A DNA stretch of 64,000 nucleotides from Macrostomum lignano (lineage: Eukaryota): the NCBI GenBank assembly GCA_002269645.1, contig NIVC01001946.1, positions 155,304 through 219,303 on the forward strand, given 5' to 3'. The notes under the pieces are model-generated. The model was not told the DNA's origin. It saw only the letters and a list, made by a program, of their open reading frames with translations, and ran no database searches. Shown one piece after another: positions 20,501 to 33,628 of the stretch (position 1 is the first letter of the stretch; the number at the start of each line of letters is the position of its first letter). A program made the position numbers and the translations under genes.

Positions 20501-21190
20501 CACCCAACTTGATGCTACTGACACCCAAAATTGATGCTACTGACACCCAAAATTGATGCTACTGACACCCAACTTGATGCTACTGACACCCAAACTGAAG
20601 TTGCTGACACCCAAACTGAAGTTGCTGACACCCAAACTGAAGTTGCTGACACTTGAACTGGAGCTACTGACACCCAAACTGGAGCTACTGACACCCAAAC
20701 TGGAGCTACTGACACCCAAACTGGAGCTACTGACACCCAAACTGAAGTTGCTGACACCCAAACTGAAGTTGCTGACACCCAAACTGAAGTTGCTGACACT
20801 TGAACTGGAGCTACTGACACCCAAACTGGAGCTACTGACACCCAAACTGGAGCTACTGACACCCAAACTGGAGCTACTGACACCCAAACTGGAGCTACTG
20901 ACACCCAAACTGGAGCTACTGACACCCAAACTGGAGCTACTGACACCCAAACTGGAGCTACTGACACCCAAACTGGAGCTACTGACACCCAAACTGGAGC
21001 TACTGACACCCAAACTGGAGCTACTGACACCCAAACTGGAGCTACTGACACCCAAACTGGAGCTACTGACACCCAAACTGGAGCTACTGACACCCAAACT
21101 GGAGCTACTGACACCCAAACTGGAGCTACTGACACCCAAACTGAAGCTACTGACACCCAAACTGAAGCTACTGACCCCCAACTTGACGCC
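14524..21190. repeat. 6.7-kb 21-bp satellite (GACGCTACTGACACCCAATTT family) with 22-bp variants and higher-order block duplications
   Basis: Direct reading; identical ORF blocks recur at a 2068-bp offset (17515/19583, 17811/19879, 18172/20240). Confidence 0.97.
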
Positions 21191-21779
21191 ACAGAACCCA
21201 GAGTAACACATCTGTGGTCAATCAACACACACAGTAACATTCGCTGTCATTTCAATTAAAACAAGGAAAATAAATATTATCGAACGAATCATTCGTTTTG
21301 CATCGTCACGCGCAGATCCTTTTTCTTCTCGCCATGAAAGTCGATATGGCGCCGAACTTGCCACTGGCTCGGAGAAGAAAATTATTAATTCAGCATTTGT
21401 CTTGTCTCCCTTCTGTGACGCACGCAATTCTAGTCAACAGTGTTGAATTACCTTGAATCCTTCAGCAACCCTGATGCACCTGGTTCACATTTGCAATGCA
21501 GAATTAACGACTGAAAACAACTCAAGAACATTTTATCACTGACTATCCCCCCTCCTTTATTCTCTTTTGCCCTGCCTCGCTTTGACTTGCATGACAAATT
21601 GGCTAGCAAGGATATAAGATTGCTTGCTTTCTTGAAGAAATTCTATTCTGCATTTTGGCCTTTGTTCTTGTCTTGATTACTTTGTTTATGGCTATTAGCC
21701 AATCTTGATAGGAAGAGTCAAAGGTTGATGGAAAAGGATTAGTGTTAATCCTGACAGTAATCTGCTCTCAATTCTAGTT

Positions 21780-21899
21780 CCTTCCCTCTCCCTTCTACTT
21801 CTTTCCTAATCTCTATCTCCCCTCTACTTCTCACCCTCTATCATTTCTACTTCTCTCCTGCCATCTTCTCCTTTCTACTTCTCTCCCTCTCTCCTCTTT

Positions 21900-21974
<75 letters not shown>

Positions 21975-22210
21975 TCTCTCTCTCTCTCTCTATCTCGCTT
22001 CTTTCTACTTTTTTTCTATTCCTTATCTCCCTGTACTTCTATCCATCTGTCCTCTCTACTTCTCTTCCTCTCTCCCACTCCCCTCTCTACTTTCAATGCC
22101 ATCTCTCATCTCTACTTCTCTCCCCCTCTTCTGTCCAATTCTCTCCCTTTCTCTTCTCTACTTCTCCTCTCTCCCTTCTACTTCATTCCCTCTCTCCCTC
22201 TCCCCTCTGT
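21780..22210. repeat. CT-rich low complexity including a (TC)n run at about 21903-21990
   Basis: Direct reading. Confidence 0.85.
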
Positions 22211-22889
22211 ACTTCTCTATCTGCGAGTGCACATATTTTGCATCTACTCGTTATTTCCCCCCATGTACTTCTCTTCAATTTCTTTCCATCTCTGCCCCTC
22301 ATGGACTAAGCTTCAATTTTATAAAATCCAGTTTTTATCCCCCCCCAAATCTGTCCACTTTGTTTCAAACAATTTTCCTCATAGAAGCCATTATTAAAAT
22401 GTCAGTCCTTTCTTTACAACCACAATGGGAAGTCATACGAACCTTGCCTTCTCATCAACTATTTATCGAATCTATACAAGAAACTTTCAATCCGAACATA
22501 ATAGCATGCGCGAACTTTTATGAGAAAAAAAGACTTGAAGTGAAAAAGGGAGAGCGCAGAGAGGACTGAGGAAACTCGCTCTCGCTTAGAAAGAAAGAAA
22601 CACGCAGTGTCTCAAAGAAAAAAATCAACACGTAAAAATCAATGACTCCCCACTCAGCTGCCTTCGCTGAATTTATTTTATTGATCTCCAACTAACCCAG
22701 CTGAACTTGCCTCGTTCCTATCCGCCAGGTTAGCAAGGTCGGAATAATACCGTATGTAGAGAGAAAAGTATCATAAAAGTGGCTTCTTGAAGCTTCTTGG
22801 ATATTTAAAAAAATTGAATATCAGTTTAAACCCATTGAAGTCGGGAGATAAATTGTTTTGTCGGAGAATAAGTACATCCAGGGTGAGTT

Positions 22890-23458
22890 AAGTGGGGTGT
22901 TGTGGATTGGTTTGATCGGAGTCTATGTACACTGAGGGGTGAGTGAAGTTGGGGGTTGGGCTGGTTTGAGCGGAGTCTATGTACACTGAGGGGTGAGTGA
23001 AGTTGGGGGTTGGGCTGGTTTGAGCGGAGTCTATGTACACTGAGGGGTGAGTGAAGTTGGGGGTTGGGCTGGTTTGAGCGGAGTCTATGTACACTGAGAT
23101 GTGAGTGAAGTTGGGGGTTGGGCTGGTTTGATCGGAGTCTATGTACACTGAGGGGTGAGTGAAGTTGGGGGTTGGGCTGGTTTGATCGGAGTCTATGTAC
23201 ACTGAGGGGTGAGTGAAGTTAGGGGTTGGGCTGGTTTGAGCGGAGTCTATGTACACTGAGATGTGAGTGAAGTTGGGGGTTGGGCTGGTTTGATCGGAGT
23301 CTATGTACACTGAGGGGTGAGTGAAGTTGGGGGTTGGGCTGGTTTGATCGGAGTCTATGTACACTGAGGGGTGAGTGAAGTTAGGGGTTGGGCTGGTTTG
23401 ATCGGAGTCTATGTACACTGAGGGGTGAGTGAAGTGGGGGTTGGGCTGGTTTGATCGG
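22890..23458. repeat. 54-bp minisatellite
   Basis: About 10 units; 18-aa periodicity in the track ORF. Confidence 0.9.
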
Positions 23459-24407
23459 AAATATTTGTCTGCAAAGATATTAGCAAATTAACCATAGCTA
23501 GCTTTAACAAAACTCTATACGGCATAATAAAAAATTAATGTCAGAAGTAAGGGACATGCTGTCAAATCTGCAAAACTAGTGGGCAAAGTTTTTATGGATT
23601 TTTTAAATCTCAAGAGAGAGGGCTAGAGTTTTAATATCCTAGCTCGTAAAAAAACCCTGACACTTTATGATGCCTTGTAATACTCATAGCAGATCTCACT
23701 TCTCACTTTCTCAACATGAGATTATGTTTCTAAGGCCAAAGATTCACTCTTTAGAGGGTAGACACAAGAATGGACTCACCAAAGAGTGACAATGTAATCC
23801 GTTAAAACCGTAATAATAATTAACTCTATCAGCAAAGTGCTGCCTGCTGCTGATGTGCGTGGTGACTCGTTGATTGTTTATTTTTTTGCTGTCAAAAGTG
23901 ACTGAAAAAGGGTAACAAAATTAGTATTTAAAACTTTTGTTTACCTAGAGTCCACCTAGTTGTATCTTACTTTTCTCTAATAATTTACTTTTCAGGTACA
24001 TAAAAGTGCAACAAGACGACACGTGCTCGATTTTTTACTCCTTGCTCAACTTAGCTAGCTGAAGTTCTTTCCACAAGCAGTCCGCGTGAACAGTCCATAG
24101 CATTGTTAATTGGCAGAATGACTCAAGGAGGACTCCTGGTCACGATAGTGAAACAGGAAACTAAGCTAAGTAGTTAGAGAAGTCGAAGATGAGTCAAGCT
24201 AGCCAATTTAAAGACGCGTCCGCAACCGCAGCACAGATGGCCTAATTAAGCTGAGATAAGCAGCTGACTTGGCTTGGACAAAAAATGTTTCTATTTACCC
24301 TCGTAAAAAATTACAGTTTCGCTGTTTACCTACATGTCCTTGGCAACAAAGCGGCTAGGGCTAAATTTGAAAATATTTATAGATTTTACTTTCTTTTTCT
24401 CAAAAAA

Positions 24408-24718
24408 TGTCTCATCTCTTGCTCTCCCTGTCTCATCATCTCTTGCTCTCCCTGTCTCATCATCTCTTGCTCTCCCTGTCTCATCATCTCTTGCTCTCCC
24501 TGTCTCATCATCTCTTGCTCTCCCTGTCTCATCATCTCTTGCTCTCCCCATTTCATCATCTCTTGCTCTCCCTGTCTCATCATCTCTTGCTCTCCCTGTC
24601 TCATCATCTCTTGCTCTCCCCATTTCATCATCTCTTGCTCTCCCTGTCTCATCATCTCTTGCTCTCCCCATCTCATCATCTCTTGCTCTTCCCATCTCAT
24701 CATCTCTTGCTCTCCCTC
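24408..24718. repeat. 24-bp minisatellite TCTCATCATCTCTTGCTCTCCCTG
   Basis: About 13 units. Confidence 0.9.
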
Positions 24719-25204
24719 ATCATATCCTTTTAAACTCTGTCCCTTTCCTGTATGAAACTGTGTCCTCTCCTGTCCTTCATCAGTTTTATTACTCTTAGCT
24801 GATGTGAAAATCTTCTCATCTTCTCATAGGAAAACTCAATAACTGGCACCCAACGACGAGAGAAAGAGAGATGTTGAGTCAACAGGATCTCGTGTTCCCA
24901 TCTTCCCAACTCATTTAACCCTCTGCAGACTGGGTTCAGTTGGTTCCATCACTTTCGCCAGCTCAGCAGCCTATATAAACGGTCTGTTTGCTCAAGTCAC
25001 ACACGAGCTCAGTGCCCTTCTATTCCACCAAACTGGGCTCCAGGGCCTGCAGGACTCAAAGCCAATCCATCCGTATGGCTAATCTCAAACAATGTTTTAT
25101 CATTCTACGAGCGTAGGTTTACACTTTAAAGGGGCCATGGAACTCTAATAAAATTTATCGGATCTGGAGTTCTTAGATTCTTATATCAAGCTGGGATTTT
25201 GCTG

Positions 25205-25460
25205 ACTTTAGGTCCCCTTGACTTTGGGATCCCTTTAACTTCGGGATCTTTTTGACTTTGGGATCCTTTGACATCGAGATCTCTTTGATTTTGGAACCTT
25301 TTTGTCGTTAGGAACTTTTCGAATTTCGGGATCTTTTTGACTTTGGGATTTTCGAATTTGTTTTAGTCTGAATTTGGGATCAGAGTTTTTCATAGTTCGA
25401 TTTTTTAATCTTTCTCCAACTTTGGGATCTTTAGGTTTCGGATGGTTGGGATTTAAATTT
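25205..25460. repeat. degenerate TTTGGGATC-rich dispersed repeat; related sequence in opposite orientation at about 31500-31740
   Basis: Repeated CTTTGGGATC-like motifs here and GATCCCAAA-like motifs at 31500-31740. Confidence 0.5.
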
Positions 25461-25977
25461 ATGGTCGAAGATCCGAAAAAAGCCCAAATTAGAGCAAATT
25501 ACAAACCTGATTGCAAGCTTTATTCCTCCTGAAATCTATATTATTGTGGATCTCCTTGCAATAAGAGGTCTCTTCTTTGCTTTAACTTCCCATCAATCTA
25601 TTAATCCTTAGGTCAGACAGAGTCAAGTATTTGTCCAATCAGACAGAGTGCAGCTAAATGAGAGAATTAGCAAGGATACTACCGGCGTACAGTCAAACAT
25701 CACGCGACCAACTAGCCACTATTTAATCAGCTGATAAACAGAAAGACAAAATAAGAAAATCTGTTGCGCCCCAATCTACCTATAGTGCCTTTAACAGCTT
25801 TTCTTAGCTAATGACGCAAAAACACTAATTAGGCCAAAAGCTAGCAAAACAGGCAGGTGCAAAATTTTGCTGACGGGAATAAACAGTCGAAATTTTATCC
25901 CTTTCCCTGTTTTTTTCTCTTCCCAAGTGCATCCGGTGGATAAACACAAATCCCATTTAAATGGGGATTGCCACTAC

Positions 25978-27885
25978 AGGGAGATTCTCTATAGGAAGAT
26001 GGGAGGCGATTCTCTATGGGGAGATGGGAGGGGCGATTCTCTATGGGGAGATGGGAGGGGCGATTCTCTATGGGGAGATGGGAGGGGCGATTCTCTATGG
26101 GGAGATGGGAGCGGCGATTTTTTATGGGGAGATGGGAGGGGCGATTCTCTATGGGGAGATGGGAGGGGCGATTCTCTATGGGAAGATGGGAGGGGCGATT
26201 CTCTATGGGAAGATGGGAGCGGCGATTCTTTATGGGGAGATGGGAGGGGCGATTCTCTATGGGAAGATGGGAGGGGCGATTCTCTATGGGAAGATGGGGG
26301 GCGATTCTCTATGGGGAGATGGGAGCGGCGATTCTCTATGGGAAGATGGGGGGCGATTCTCTATGGGGAGATGGGAGGGGCGATTCTTTATGGGGAGATG
26401 GGAGGGGCGATTCTCTATGGGGAGATGGGAGGGGCGATTCTCTATGGGGAGATGGGAGGGGCGATTCTCTATGGGGAGATGGGAGGGGCGATTCTCTATG
26501 GGGAGATGGGAGGGGCGATTCTCTATGGGGAGATGGGAGGGGCGATTCTCTATGGGAAGATGGGAGCGGCGATTCTTTATGGGGAGATGGGAGGGGCGAT
26601 TCTTTATGGGAAGATGGGAGGGGCGATTCTTTATGGGGAGATGGGAGCGGCGATTTTTTATGGGGAGCTGGGAGAGGCGATTCTTTATGGGGAGATGGGA
26701 GCGGCGATTCTTTATGGGGAGATGGGAGGGGCGATTCTTTATGGGGAGATGGGAGGGGCGATTCTCTATGGGGAGATGGGAGAGGCGATTCTTTATGCGG
26801 AGATGGGAGCGGCGATTCTTTATGGGGAGATGGGAGGGGCGATTCTTTATGGGGAGATGGGAGGGGCGATTCTCTATGGGGAGATGGGAGGGGCGATTCT
26901 CTATGGGAAGATGGGAGGGGCGATTCTCTATGGGAAGATGGGAGCGGCGATTCTTTATGGGGAGATGGGAGGGGCGATTCTCTATGGGAAGATGGGAGGG
27001 GCGATTCTCTATGGGAAGATGGGAGCGGCGATTCTCTATGGGAAGATGGGGGGCGATTCTCTATGGGGAGATGGGAGGGGCGATTCTTTATGGGGAGATG
27101 GGAGGGGCGATTCTTTATGGGGAGATGGGAGGGCGATTCTCTATGGGAAGATGGGAGGGGCGATTCTTTATGCGGAGATGGGAGGGGTGATTCTTTATGG
27201 GGAGATGGGAGGGGCGATTCTTTATGGGGAGATGGGAGAGGCGATTCTTTATGGGGAGATGGGAGGGGCAATTCTCTATGGGGAGATGGGAGCGGCGATT
27301 CTTTATGGGGAGATGGGAGGGGCGATTCTTTATGGGGAGATGGGAGCGGCGATTCTTTATGCGGAGATGGGAGCGGCGATTCTTTATGCGGAGATGGGAG
27401 GGGCGATTCTTTATGGGGAGATGGGAGCGGCGATTCTTTATGGGGAGATGGGAGCGGCGATTCTTTATGCGGAGATGGGAGCGGCAATTTTTTATGCGGA
27501 GATGGGAGCGGCGATTCTTTATGCGGAGATGGGAGGGGCGATTCTTTATGGGGAGATGGGAGCGGCGATTCTTTATGGGGAGATGGGAGCGGCGATTCTT
27601 TATGCGGAGATGGGAGCGGCGATTCTTTATGGGGAGATGGGAGCGGCGATTCTTTATGCGGAGATGGGAGCGGCGATTCTTTATGCGGAGATGGGAGCGG
27701 CGATTCTTTATGCGGAGATGGGAGCGGCGATTCTCTATGGGGAGATGGGAGCGGCGATTCTCTATGGGGAGATGGGAGCGGCGATTCTTTATGGGGAGAT
27801 GGGAGCGGCGATTCTTTATGGGGAGATGGGAGCGGCGATTCTTTATGGGGAGATGGGAGCGGCGATTCTTTATGGGGAGATGGGG
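25978..27885. repeat. 27-bp G-rich minisatellite GGGGAGATGGGAGGGGCGATTCTCTAT, resuming at 28910-29145
   Basis: About 70 units; all long ORFs here are repeat artefacts. Confidence 0.95.
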
Positions 27886-27886
27886 T

Positions 27887-28909
27887 CTACGACGTTTGCC
27901 TGCCGGACGTCTGCCAGCCGACGTTTGCCAGCCGATGTTTGCCAGCCGACGTTTGCCAGCCGACGTTTGCCAGCCGACGTTTGCCAGCCGACGTTTGCCA
28001 GCCGATGTTTGCTAGCCGACGTTTGCCAGCCGACGTTTGCCAGCCGACGTTTGCCAGCCGACGTTTGCCAGCCGGACATTTGCAGACGGCAATTGGTTAA
28101 AGAAGTATGCCCTCTCTAGACTTACATGTACTTGCATTTGAAAGCTGTGGACACAGCACTAATCTAATTCCACCTCGCTCCCTACTACTGCTATTAAATA
28201 TACAGGTTACTAACAAACTACTGTTCAGGCTTATTCAAGTTATTGCTCTTGTCTGCCTAAATACAAAAATACAAAATAGGAGTTTCCATCGTCACAGTTG
28301 ATGTCTATGCATGCCATGAAATGGCCCTTTCCATCTCAGTGGCCAAACAAGCTAAGCGTTTACAAGCTAAATGGGAAAAGACTGAGACATCCATAATGGT
28401 ATTGGCCTAGTCTCGCCTATATATACTTAACTCAAAAGCCAAACTCTGCTTAACGGAGTTGGGCCATGACAGCGTGCACTTGACAAGCTGCATTGGAATT
28501 AATTCGCTTACTTTTGGATCTCCCAATGAACTGGGAAATATACAAGCCAGAATTATCGTTCAGCAGGTCTTTTAATTGTCCAAAACTTGACTCGCTGGAG
28601 ATTCCCGTTTAAATTTGCGTCTTCATTCGCAAATCAAAAATCAAACTTCTCAAACTAGGAAAAGCGATACAAAACTGTCAGAAGTAAACTTTATGATATT
28701 TTCACATTCAAAGAAATTGTTGTTAAACTGGATGCTAGATTGATGAACTGCATAATTTGGATAGATTTTGTTTTCCAACTTTTATACATGCGAATAACCG
28801 TCAAAAATTTGGACTAAAAAACCGCTAAACTGCGAATATTTCAGTATCAATTTTTTCACTCACTGACCTAATGTTGGCTGGAAAACGTCGGCTGGCAAAC
28901 GTCCCGTAG
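27887..28909. mobile_element. inverted-repeat-bounded 1-kb insert splitting the 27-bp array; left end expanded into a 14-bp repeat (GCCGACGTTTGCCA)n
   Basis: Left end CTACGACGTTTGCC; right end reverse-complements to CTACGGGACGTTTGCCAGCCGACGTTT. No TSD recognised. Confidence 0.55.
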
Positions 28910-29579
28910 GCGATTCTCTATGGGGAGATGGGAGGGGCGATTCTCTATAGGAGGAGATGGGAGGGGCGATTCTTTATGGGGAGATGGGAGGGGAGATTCT
29001 CTATGGGGAGATGGGAAGGGAGATTCTCTATGGGGAGATGGGAAGGGAGATTCTCTATGGGGAGATGGGAGGGGCGATTCTCTATGGGGAGATGGGAGGG
29101 GAGATTCTCTATGGTGAGATGGGAGGCGCGATTCTCTATAACGAGATTTAAATGGTCATAAACTATGTCATATCGAAAAGTAGTTTTGTGGGTAATGCAT
29201 AAAAATGCTTTTCCAGGGTACAGGGTGCAAATTTAGGACTCAAGCGCAAGTTCAAGAAATACTCACAGAGTTGTAAACAATTTGAACAGATGAACTTATC
29301 TAAAAGAAACTAGAAAGAAGGTCATAATTTTTATTACACAGAAGACAGATTCTCTTACCTAGTTCATGCAGCACATTGAGCATGCATGCAAGGTACACAG
29401 CTATAAACATAAATTACAATAAAATAAGCTGGTTATTACATCTTGGGCAGTCATAATCTAACTTGATGACACACAGAATGTAACTATAGCAACTAGGGAA
29501 TTTCTATATGGCAAGGATAAAAAAGAATACATTATAATGTAAACAGACCGCAGTACAGAATGTATTACAAGCATGGAGG

Positions 29580-29790
29580 GTAAAATAAAGGAGGGTAAGA
29601 TGGGACAGGGAGGGGAGAGAAATAGGGGAGGGCAGAGGGTAAGATAGGAGAGGGTAAGAGGGGAGGGCAGAGGGTGAGATAAGGGAGGGTAAGAAGGGAG
29701 GGCAGAGGATAAGATAAGGGAGGGTAAGAAGGGAGGGCAGAGGATAAGATAAGGGAGGGTAAGAGGCAGGGCAGAGGGTGAAATCAAAGA
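29580..29790. repeat. purine-rich short tandem repeat
   Basis: AGGGAGGGTAAGAAGGGAGGGCAGAGGATAAGATA-like units. Confidence 0.7.
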
Positions 29791-30054
29791 CATAAAAAGA
29801 CAAAATCTACACAACCAATACAAAAAAATTCTCCATGGAAACAAAGAGAAAAATTTAAAGCAAAGGACCTACAGAGATTGCCTCACTGCTAAATTCACTG
29901 CTCTACTTCACTATTGAATATCGTCAACTTCAATTTCCGGAGGTAAGCTGAGAGTGTTTGCTTTCGCGCCCAAAATCTTGCGGCGGGGAGAAGCTAAGTA
30001 AAGCCTGGGGCCAGGAACCGCCCCCCGACAGCTTATTGCAACTTCATTGATAAA

Positions 30055-30835
30055 CAGTGTGATTGAGCGAGTGACTGAGTGAGTGATTGAGTGAGGTGAT
30101 CGTGATTAAGTGAATGATTGAGTGAGGTGATCGTGAGTGATTGAGTGATTGAGTGAAAGAGTGATTGAATGAATTGAGTGAGTGATTGAGTGAGGTGATC
30201 GTGAGTGAGTGAGTGATTGAGTGAGGTGATCGTGAGTGAGTGATTGAGTGAGGTGATCGTGAGTGAGTGATTGAGTGAGGTGATCGTGAGTGAGTGAGTG
30301 ATTGAGTGAGGTGATCGTGAGTGAGTGATTGAGTGAGGTGATCGTGAGTGAGTGAGTGATTGAGTGAGGTGATCGTGAGTGATTGAGTGAGTGAGTGAGT
30401 GAGTGATTGAGTGAGTGAGTGATTGAGTGAGGTGATCGTGAGTGATTGAGTGAGTGAGGTGATCGTGAGTGAGTGAGTGATTGAGTGAGGCGATCGTGAG
30501 TGATTGAGTGAGGTGATCGTGAGTGATTGAGTGAGTGAGGTGATCGTGAGTGAGTGAGTGATTGAGTGAGGCGATCGTGAGTGATTGAGTGGGTGAGTGA
30601 GTGAGTTATTGAGTGAGTGAGTGATTGAGTGAGGTGATCGTGAGTGATTGAGTGAGTGAGGTGATCGTGAGTGAGTGAGTGAGGTGATTGAGTGAGTGAT
30701 CGTGATTAAGTGACTGATTGAGTGAGTGAGTGAGTGAAAGAGTAATTGAGTGAGGTGAGTGAGTGAGTGATTGAGCGAGTGATCGTGATTGAGTGATTAT
30801 GTGAGTTACTGAGTAAGTGATTGAGTGCGTGAGCG
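30055..30835. repeat. (GTGA)n-derived compound satellite
   Basis: GAGTGATTGAGTGAGGTGATCGT units mixed with GAGT runs. Confidence 0.9.
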
Positions 30836-31930
30836 AACTCAAACTTAGATATTAAAAAAACTGAAATTAATTTCGCATATCTAAGGACTGACGTGACACA
30901 AAGGACTTATATGTTTATAACGTGACCCACTGTTGATAAGTGAATGCTGTGGCAGAAGGCGCATTGATGGTACATTAAAGAAGGTTGTGGCAGACAGCAG
31001 ACAACCTACTGACTAATCACTAAAATTTTAGGCTTAGCAAAGTTTTCTTACACTTTTTAGCACTAATTTAGTAAAAATCTGTCAATTGTTTGACTCAAGA
31101 TGCTCTCGCTCAGTTTGAAAAAGAAATAAAACGATTTTTGAAGACTTAACAAACAAAATTCTTTTTTAAAAATCGTAGCAAAAATCATATTTTATTATTG
31201 TATAATAAATAGCCATTTAAAAGAACTGTTAAGTGAGTATCCAAAAGTTACAAAAATGGCACAAATAATTTTTAGTGCACTACTGACAAAGTAGAGTGTG
31301 TGTCTATTATATTAAAGGAATTTTTGTTCAATAAAGCATACGATTTGAAAGAGCTTAAAAATGATTAGTGTGGTAATTATTGACATTGATCAAATTTAAA
31401 GAGCTGCTTACAACTAGGAACCTGAATAAGTGGGCAAACAATACAAAAATCACTGTTACTTCCATCATCAGCAATGAAAAGCATTCGATTCTTGAATCAC
31501 GAAAAAATCCCAAATTCAAAGATCCCAAGTCTCAAAGATCCCCAAAATCTTCAAGTTCCCAAAACTCTCAAAGATCCCCAAAATCTCAAACATCCCTAAA
31601 ATCTCAAAAATACCCTGAAATCTCAGAGATCCCTGAAATCTCAAAGATCCCCAAAATTTCAAAGATCCCCAAAATATTAGAGATACTAAACTAAACCCCT
31701 CCAGATCTAAAACATCCCATATCCCATAGAACTTTTAACATCCCGTAGTTTATTCAGATTCGCAGTATTTTTCCTAACCAACGCACTAATAATTAATCTG
31801 CACGTAAAATTAACAAACATCAATTGGCAGTGTAATCAATCTGATTTAAATTATAATAATTCACATTTTTATCGAAACCAACTAAACTAGTTAAGGTAAA
31901 AAACTAATGTCCATAACTCAATCAAGGTAA

Positions 31931-33540
31931 CTACAGGTGATCGAAGTTATCAATTCTTTGAGCTTCAACCAGACGAATCATTGGAACAACAGCAGCCTGC
32001 TCAGCAGATTTATACTTCAACTGAGCATCATCTTTCGCTGGCAGACTATTAGCACTGCTAATACTCAGATTAGCAAAGCACGCTAAGCCGAAGTTCTCAG
32101 AGCCCAAACCGGCGAAACCGGTGCTTGGCGTGCTGCCAGGCAGCGTCTCCGAGTTCGCGACAGTTTGGTTTCCAATCTTTGCCGTGTACTTGCCGCTCTG
32201 CCATTGGTTGGGGCGCGATTGTGGGTTAATTGGGTCTTAGGCTTTAGCCCCCCAGCACCCCTGATGCTGCAGCGAGTTGTCACTGCCCCCCAGCACCCCT
32301 GATGCTTCAGTGAGTTGTCACTGCCCCCCAGCACCCCTGATGCTTCAGTGAGTTGTCACTCCCTCAGCTCCCCCCTGATGCTTCAGTGAGTTGTCACTCC
32401 CTCAGCTCCCCCCTGATGCTTCAGTGAGTTGTCACTCCCTCAGCTCCCCCTGATGCTTCAGTGAGTTGTCACTGCCCCCCCCAGCACCCCTGATGCTTCA
32501 GTGAGTTGTCACTGCCCCCCTGATGCTTCAGTGAGTTGTCACTCCCTCAGCTCCCCCCTGATGCTTCAGTGAGTTGTCACTGCCCCCCCAGCACCCCTGA
32601 TGCTTCAGTGAGTTGTCACTCCCTCAGCTCCCCCTGATGCTTCAGTGAGTTGTCACTGCCCCCCCCAGCACCCCTGATGCTTCAGTGAGTTGTCACTGCC
32701 CCCCTGATGCTTCAGTGAGTTGTCACTCCCTCAGCTCCCCCCTGATGCTTCAGTGAGTTGTCACTCCCTCAGCTCCCCCTGATGCTTCAGTGAGTTGTCA
32801 CTCCCTCAGCTCCCCCCTGATGCTTCAGTGAGTTGTCACTCCCTCAGCTCCCCCTGATGCTTCAGTGAGTTGTCACTCTCTCAGCTCCCCCCTGATGCTT
32901 CAGTGAGTTGTCACTCTCTCAGCTCCCCCCTGATGCTTCAGTGAGTTGTCACTCCCTCAGCTCCCCCCTGATGCTTCAGTGAGTTGTCACTCCCTCAGCT
33001 CCCCCCCTGATGCTTCAGTAAGCCAAATAAGAATACTCACCTGCAAAGTCAGCGTCAACTTCACCCAGGCATCGTAGCCATAGACAAAACTGCCTCCTTT
33101 AATCTTCTTGGTTTGAGCTGTGAAAGCAGAGTAAGCTAGGTATATAAGCAAGTAAGTAAGTCAGGTTGGCCCTGACGGCTGTGAATCGCACATCTCCAAA
33201 AGCCCAAAATAAATTTGGCCGCGAATGTAGGCCGCTCACCTAAGTCATTAGTAACGGCATACTGGTTGCTAGCCGGAAACAGCCACAGGAAGAGGCCTTT
33301 GGCTTGGAAAGCACCGCATCCGCCTTGGTCAATGCGGGCAGCAACAAAAATTCCTGTGGTGGAATTCACAGAGGGGACCAGCACGGAGGCGGACACGGAG
33401 ATGTCAGACCTGCGGGTTGCGTTTGTAATCTGTTTCAATTGCTGTTGCTGGGGCAATCGGCAGCAATGATTAGCTGAGCTCTGCTTTTTAGTAAGACACG
33501 CAGTTGGGAATAACACATTAATAGATACTTATTACAAATG

Positions 33541-33628
<88 letters not shown>

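Noticed and set aside
12920-21190. Regular repeats considered as CRISPR arrays or telomeric tracts
   Set aside because: No unique spacers or cas genes, eukaryotic context; TTAGG occurs only once per 22-bp unit.
14379-21240. Many long ORFs (SVASSWV, LGVSSIK, LLTPNL repeats)
   Set aside because: Translations of a stop-free 21-bp satellite in several frames; only the acceptor-linked DATDTQ frame is kept as a tentative finding.
25867-28119. 750-aa, 694-aa and related ORFs with GDSLWGDGR or GAILYGEM repeats
   Set aside because: Open frames of the 27-bp satellite with frequent frame switches and no unique domain.
31200-31400. Possible hAT transposase C-terminal remnant (EYPKVTKMAQIIFS...)
   Set aside because: Short, interrupted and AT-rich; similarity too weak to support without a search.
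32255-33018. CTGATG in every repeat unit suggesting tandem hammerheads
   Set aside because: Reads CTGATGC with no GAAA core.
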